DNA of 64,000 nucleotides from Eledone cirrhosa. Lineage: Eukaryota. The position numbers and the translations under genes were made by a program. Numbering within the stretch: position 1 is the stretch's first letter; each line of letters starts with the position of its first letter. The stretch lies in assembly GCA_964016885.1 (NCBI GenBank), contig OZ024745.1:88722001-88786000 (forward strand). Reading direction: 5' to 3'. The notes under the pieces were generated by a model. That model saw only the letters and a program-made list of their open reading frames with translations. It ran no database searches and was not told where the DNA came from. Positions 57,082-64,000 of this stretch are shown piece after piece.

Positions 57082-60077
57082 TTTATATTCCTTACATTAA
57101 ACTAAAACTATGTTGACAATCTTTTAATAATTTCTTCCTTGTGAAATTTGTGGTCTTGTTTTGCTTATCTAGTGAATATTTCCAGCTCTGTGCTCCTAAC
57201 TTCTGCATTAACCCAACCATTTAGCTGCCTTCCACTGCATATTGCACATTGAGCATATTGCCTTTACGCTTTGGCTTCTAACTAATTCCCCAATCTTTCT
57301 TCTCCTCTCCTATCTCCATCTCACTCTTTAAGATTGGTTACTCTTGAACTGTGTATACTCGAGCTCCGGTAGTTGAGCTATTTACTGTTAGATGTCACCA
57401 TGTTCAGCAAACAGGAACTCAAGTTATCACTTAAGTCCATTCCTATCCCGGACAGAAAGACATACCACAAACTTCTAATACAGAGCGTCAACTCTTTCAT
57501 CCGAAAAATACGATGGAAGGCCTTCCACTTCGACCAAATGGGTGCTGCTGACGCCGGAAGTACAGCAAACAGATATGGATTTACCACCTGCAAGATCTAT
57601 CCACACAACACCCTGCTGGACCCTTTTGAGAAAGATCTATTTAACTTCGACAGGAGCATACATTCAAAAAGCATTATAGACACAAGAATAATTTCCTAAC
57701 AAAATTAGCAACAACTATAAATAAATTTAAGGATAGCCACCTCTTACATGTTATGTCTGACAAAACCAAAAATCTATACACCATGACTCCTGAAACTTAC
57801 ATCTCTTTCCTTCTTAAGGAACTTAATAAAAACTATAAAAAAAAACTATACCCTCCAGTGTAAACTTACTTAACCGAAAAGCCTAGGCTCTGGTTAAGGA
57901 CTTGCATCTGGATAGATTTACACACCCTTATGTACCTACAAGCCCTAGGTTTTCTCTCAAGGATCACAAACCAAACTTTATTGAGAACTCATCTATTAGA
58001 CTTATAAGCCCAACCACATCTGACTTGGATCGTATCAGTAAGAACATACTCGATAGGTTCATCCCTGGGCTACGAGATGATATCACCTACAAGTTGTGGT
58101 CCAACACCGCCCAAGTCATCAGATGGTCCTCCGATCTAAGGTCCAAGGAATCTATGAGGTTCCTCCAATTTGACATTGACTGCTACTACGCTTCAATAAA
58201 GACGACACTGCTTAACAAAGCATTAACCCTAGCCAGCACCAACTCTGACATAATCGATGACGAGATTGACATCATACTTATGGCTAGGCAGACCATCATT
58301 GAATTCAACAGCTCATTCTGGACTAGAAAGGACAGAACAGACAACTTCGACATCACTATGGGCTCATGCGACTCTGCGTAAATCACCGATTTAGTGGGAA
58401 TATACCTATTACATAACATCAGAGCTGAAATCCAACCCTTGCAAGGCGGATTATATAGGGACGACGCCCTGTTTGCAGTCCACAATTGCACTAATCGGGG
58501 CATTGACTTGCTCAAAAACAATTACATAGATTTTTTTTAAATAACGGTCTCTCTATCACCATCGAGTCGAACCATAAAGTTACCCTAGATCTTAATAATA
58601 AGTTATATTACCCTTATCATAAACCAGGTGAAATACTTACATATATTAGCCTACACTCTAACTACCCGCCGGCAGTCATCAGCGCAGTAATCAAATCTAT
58701 CTCGTATAGGATCTCCATGCTATCCGCAAATGAGGAGATATTTAGAAACCATGCGGCATATAATAATAAGGCTCTTTCTGAATCTGGTTATGAACAGTCC
58801 ATTTACTACATACCTAAATGCCATAACACAGCATTTCACCATAATAAACTTAACACTAGAACTAGAAATACTTTAGCATATAGCCAGATTCGCCGGAATT
58901 TTAGCAGTAACAGCACCTATACAGGGAACCTTAATGGTGGCAGAGGCCTACTTCCCACTCCAAGTAGCAGACTCAAAATCAACCCTAGAATAAGAATGAG
59001 CAATGGGATGACAAATAACAAATGCCCAGGTAATAATAACCCTATGAAGGCCCCTGTCAACTCCACTAGAACTCCTAGAAGGAATAGGCCTAGAAATATC
59101 ACCTGGCTTAACCCCCCGTTCTCATCTAACTTAGCCACTAATATCCCTAAACGCTTCTTCTCTATCCTATCTAAACATCCCCCCCCCCAACCACTATTTT
59201 TCCTTCCGAGACCCAAACAATAGATGTTCGACATCTCTAGCTAGGCTCATTAAAAACCTTAAGTTAACCAACATTGAACACTCACTAACATGGGATATCT
59301 TGGCTAGAGACCGACCCTTCAATGGACAAATAAACTCTTGTGATCTGTGTCTTACTGAAGCATAACTCTATCACTATCTACCGATTAATGACAGAATGGA
59401 GGTAACTATTACCTGTCAACATCGAAGGGCTAATTCCTTCGCCAACAGAATATTTGACCCAACATAGTCATATATTCCCATTTTTGCTTATAGCTAAAAA
59501 GTTAAATAAGTATAGCTAACTTAGATAATTATAAGTTACCTCCCTTACATTGTCTATCAATTAAACTCATTAGCACTTCTTAACTATAAACTACCCACAA
59601 TCTCTATTTTCTTGAGGAGTTACTTCCTTTGAAACCACCCTCTAAACAGTAAGATAAATATGTCCTTTGGCGGCCATCTTGTTACCCATAGGCAGATCTC
59701 ACATAATGAAGCCTCGACAGAAGAATATTGCCCGCTTATGGCAGACAATAGATATAACCAGGACACCATAGTGAAATACCAATATATGGAACATTATATT
59801 CATGTAACCATCTATTTTTACCTTAATTTATATTCCTTTTGAATTCCGATGAACTGCTCCAATTTTACCTAAGTTAATTATCTTCAACTGAAACAGATCA
59901 ATAATGATCCATAATCATTTGATCCAGAAACATTATATGGAGTAGCGAAACAATTGTAAACGGACATTATTAGTATTATTGTTATTATTTTTACATTCCT
60001 TACATTAAACTAAAACTATGTTGACAATCTTTTAATGTCTTCCTTGTGTAATTTGAGGGTTTCTCTTGCTTAACTAA

Positions 60078-60085
<8 letters not shown>
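57080..60085 (+). mobile_element. Degraded Penelope-like element (resembles the Hydra-type group) with 3' pseudo-LTR
   Basis: SLKSIPIP..RKIRWKAFHF, LKDHKPNF..IRLISP, FLQFDIDCYYASI, FDITMGSCD, GLYRDD, WLNPPFS and terminal CDLCLTE..CQH. 57081-57178 repeats at 59991-60085. Confidence 0.9.
59843..59961 (+). ncRNA. Type I HHR variant in the 3' pseudo-LTR
   Basis: ATT-CCGATGA-A-CTGCTCCA...TGGAGTAG-C-GAAA-CAATTG-TA-AAC, with palindromic stem III. Confidence 0.7.
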
Positions 60086-60134
<49 letters not shown>

Positions 60135-60136
<2 letters not shown>

Positions 60137-61112
60137 TAAAATAACAGATTAAAGTGTAAGCAAAGAATCGGTGCTTTCACCCTTAACGGGATCTTCTGAA
60201 ACTAAAAAAATCAATCCGTGAACGCAGAAGTAAATATTTTGAAAAATGTTGCAACCGAAAGAAGACAGGAAGACGAGACAATTAAGTAATGGTATTAACA
60301 TAACATATACTTAGCTTCCACATCAAGACGTAAATTATCCTCGTACAGTTCGTAATATCCGTTAGGGTATAATGTGGGGCTGTAATACAGGAAGGTTTTG
60401 TGCAATTTATGTTTACAAGCCGAAATTGCCTCAGATTTTTTGTTTAAGATGTGGTCTTTGGCGTAGAGTATTTCCAGGGCTTCAGCGGCGCAGAGGTCAC
60501 ACGGTCTTTTTTTCCGTTATACGATCTAACCTTAGCTGTCTTTTAGACTCCAGATATAAGCTGAAAGTGACGTAATATTCCTCCTTAAAGGGTTAAGAAA
60601 AGAATGGGTATGCATGTAAAGACGCTGCTTGAATCTATTGGCGGTTAACCCTATGTAGGCCCTACGGGACGTGGGTGTTTCAATCTTTCATTTGTAGACA
60701 ATGTTACTAGAGAGGCATTTCCCGGATAGAGGGCAGTCAACCCGATTCCTACAATTACAGTTAGTACTAGCTACAGGGTTGCACGTGTTCCTACGGCTAG
60801 GTAATTTAGCTAAATTTGAAGCTGTGATGTTATGTGCAATGTTAGAAGTCGTACAGTAAGAAGTTTTAATGGTATTTCTATTAAAATGTTACTATATTTA
60901 TGTGCTGGGAGCGGAAATGCTTCATAATACCGGGGAGAAAGATCTTAGCTAATGGTGTGGCCACCTCCATCTTATATGGTGGGTTATACCATATAATGCG
61001 TCGGGATCTATTTTTCCTAGTTCTATTCTCATACACTATATATGCTACCTTATCGACAAATCCACTCCCAGCAAGAGCTTCATTGTCATATGTGGAATAG
61101 TCAGTGAAAATA
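60135..61112 (-). mobile_element. 3' fragment of another PLE (GIY-YIG region)
   Basis: IIWYNPPY and CNCRNRVDCPLSGKCLSSNIVYK*KI...YIGLTANRFKQR. A degenerate HHR-like CAGAAGA-TCCCGTTAAGGGT-GAAA lies at ~60175-60198. Confidence 0.85.
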
Positions 61113-62910
61113 TCCTCCGTTCTCTCAACCACTTCACCCTCATTTCCCACTCGTTTGCCTGGCATACTCCACTCTCCATTTTCAACCTAATCTCTCTGCT
61201 CAGTTCCGCCAGTTCCAGCTCGCTTATCCACCCATTAGTTCTTATTACCTGAGCCTGCCCGGCCAATTTTTGTTCATCTAATTTAAATAGACCAATCTCG
61301 TTCCAGATGTTATGCATCCCTTTCCTATAGCCTTTTTCCTTGGGGTACTCTTCAGGTAACATTGCATAACAGCTCTATTCATTTCTTTCGTCCAGTTGGT
61401 TCTGGTCCCTTTCCCTCTTCTTCTTCCTGCAACACCAGCAGTATTTGGATGACAGCCAGGTCCCTGCTGCTGGGCCAGGGAGCACTTGCTGGGTGAGAGT
61501 CTGTCACATGACATTCCAGTCTCCACTTCACCGTTATTCGAACTGTTTAGGTTCAACATTTAAGTACTCATATCGAGGATTGGCGAATGATGGTTACATA
61601 ACTACCGGTGATTTCATCACACCCAGTGATTTCATCACCCCCGGTGATTTTAGCGTGGCACAGTCACGCTGTAGACTAACATAAATAAACAAACAAACAA
61701 ATAGATTTATCTATTTGTTTGTTTGTTTATTTAAAAAAAACAAAACAAACACGAGTTTCATTGTAATGTTTGAATGTCTGACAGCTTTTCTTTCCTTTTT
61801 CTCTCTCCCTTTTTTTTTGTTTTTCTCCTTTGCGTTTTTCGTTTTACAAGGCCAGTAACATCGGTTACTACTGTTGCTGCTGCTGCTGCTGCTGCTAAGG
61901 GAAGTAGGGGTTGTTGTGTTCAAAACTTTTGAAACCCGTGTCCGTTGTTGCGTTTGCCTCTGTCTGTTCTGTTCTATAATTTTTCGACTATAATTTTTTC
62001 TATAATGTTTTCCCTTTCATCCCTACGTGGCGGATACCTCAAAGCACCTGCAACACACCAGGACAATTGCTGGCCCCGTGCCAAAAGCAGAAGCACTTAT
62101 AATTATTATATTATAGTTCAGATTTGACATTGTTTAAACTAAACATTTTGAGAGAGTTTAGAGATATAATAACATAATTATTTTGGTGTTGTTGTTGTTG
62201 TTGTTAGCTGTTTGACCGAGACACTAATCAAGTCTATTTATATCTTTTGATACCTTCATCGCTTCTTTTCATGTGTAGCGGAAATACCACCCCTCTCTTA
62301 AGTAGTGAGGGAATAGTGGCGGTAGCGATGATGCAGTGGCGACGGTGGCGATGGGGCAGCAGTACTATCGGGATGGTGCCGGTCTGTATTTGGCAAGATT
62401 TTTTTTGTGGTAGTGGTGATGATGATGGTGGCGGCGGCGGCGGTGATGGTACTGGCGGTGCAGTATTTGTCTGTTATTTCCTAGCCATTTTCTTTTCTGA
62501 CTATAAAAACAATTATTATTATATTATAGTTTAGATTTGACAGCGTTTAAACTAAACATTTTGAGAGAGTTTAGAGATACAACAATATAATTATTTTGGT
62601 GTTGTTGTTGTTGTTGTTAGCTGTTTGACCGAGTCACTAACCCAGTCTATTTATATCTTTAGATACCTTGCTCGCTTCCCTTCATGCAGAGCGGCATCAC
62701 CACCCCTCTCTAAAGCAGTGAGGGAACAGTGGCGGCTGCAACAATGCAGCGGCGGCGGTGTGGATGGGACAGCAGCGCCATAGGGATGGTGCTGGTCTGT
62801 ATTTAGCTAGATTTTTTGTGGTAGTATGGATGGTGATGGTGGCGGCGGCGGTGGTGGTGGTGGTGCTGGTGGTGAAGTTATTTGGCTGATATTTTCTAGC
62901 CATTTTCTTT
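61113..62910 (-). mobile_element. 5' part of a diverged R4/Dong family A element
   Basis: 61113-61590 matches 55240-55720 (N-terminal ORF). Upstream are ~415-bp tandem repeats (62100-62910) related to the 5' regions at 41340 and 56080. Confidence 0.75.
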
Positions 62911-62924
62911 TTATTATTATTTTC

Positions 62925-64000
62925 TTAGTGAGGACTCCAACTCCCTATAAGTGTAGAAGGAAGACGCCCAAAATGTTATCTCTGCGGGTCGAAGGGTCAC
63001 TTCAGGGCCTTTTGCCCGAAGAAGACAGCAAAGAAGGCCCCTCTCCTTCCAATACCTGGTCCACTGCTATCAAGAGCAGGGCAGGCAACAAACGAAGAAG
63101 CTCCTTCCACAGTGAGAAGGAGGGCAACGTCCGTAGCACCCGTACCAAGGCCACGGACAACTAAAGCAGCATCAACAGTGGCGGCAACACCAATAACTAC
63201 ATTTGAAGTAGCTACACCAGCAACAAAATTGCCGAAGAGGGCTCCACTACCACCACCAACAGCCGTGGAGCACATACCCCTCCCAGACGCCACAGAATCT
63301 GACATGGAGTTTGAGGCGGGAGAGAAGTGGCAAACGGTCTGCCACAAAAAACAAAAAGAAAAACACCCTTAGCTTCAAAAGCGAAGGCATACAAAGAGGG
63401 ATAAAGGCAGCAAGGAAACTTGCAGCACAACCACCACCAGCACCACCACAAACACCACTGACAACAACAACCACACCACCACCAGCATCACCAAAAGCAC
63501 CAACAACGCAAACACAACAACACAAACACACCAAACAGCAACAAAATCACCCCTCCCACCAAAAGGTACACAGCCATAAACATGGCAAACAAAAAAGAAC
63601 TCATACAATATATGAAGTAGCACACATACATCACAGAAAAAAACTACTCCACCCCACCAACACCAAGAACTCTCCCGACAAACATAAGCATCAGCGAAAT
63701 CTCAATAGAACAGTACAAACCTTTAAAACAAAAAATCCCCAACGCAGTTGGAGACTTCAGAGGGTCGGTTACCAAGAGGATATATACTGACATCCTCTTG
63801 GAAACACTCATGACCAGCGAAAGGGACGGTTCTACTGTCCCTTCACCACACGATCAAAGTAAGTGACCCTTTCTCACTTGCCCCGTTTCTCATCCAACAT
63901 GGCCGTACTCAGAATAGGCAGTATAAATGCACGTGGTATGGGGTCATCTTGGAAGCATGGTCACCTGCTCAACGACCTCAGGTCACAAAACATAGATGGC
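62925..64000 (+). mobile_element. Tx1/L1-type LINE: ORF1 3' part and start of ORF2
   Basis: Zinc knuckle CYLCGSKGHFRAFC (62974-63015) and a Pro/Thr-rich tail, followed by ORF2. Confidence 0.8.
63899..64000 (+). CDS. LINE ORF2 AP-like endonuclease N-terminus (runs off window)
   Basis: MAVLRIGSINARGMGSSWKHGHLLNDLRSQNID fits the APE motif I pattern (S-x-N-x-R-G). Confidence 0.75.
   Translation, partial: MAVLRIGSINARGMGSSWKHGHLLNDLRSQNIDG

Noticed and set aside
60688-60690. In-frame TGA at a plausible Cys position (VYK*) suggesting selenocysteine
   Set aside because: The fragment has other disablements and I see no SECIS, so a single substitution explains it.

Overview
AT-rich, gene-free animal intergenic/intronic DNA. 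The microsatellite load and SINE types fit a cephalopod such as Octopus (inference). I see no host protein-coding gene; nearly all short ORFs are translated microsatellites or antisense TE frames. The window is a stack of retroelements. (1) At least five Penelope-like elements (PLEs), several with inverted termini. (2) A ~21.5-kb head-to-tail cluster of (TAA)n-associated R4/Dong-type retrotransposons (RT plus restriction-like endonuclease) from two families, nested inside the split 5' pseudo-LTR of a PLE. (3) tRNA-derived SINEs, RTE remnants and the 5' part of a Tx1/L1-type LINE. The least annotated signal is a set of several unrelated type I hammerhead ribozyme (HHR) families read directly from the sequence. 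These include two non-coding tandem-repeat families (~430-440 nt and ~637 nt monomers) that look like non-LTR retrozymes, plus foldback mini-elements with an HHR on each strand. Ribozyme calls are manual secondary-structure fits and activity is untested. Element boundaries are approximate to tens of bp.
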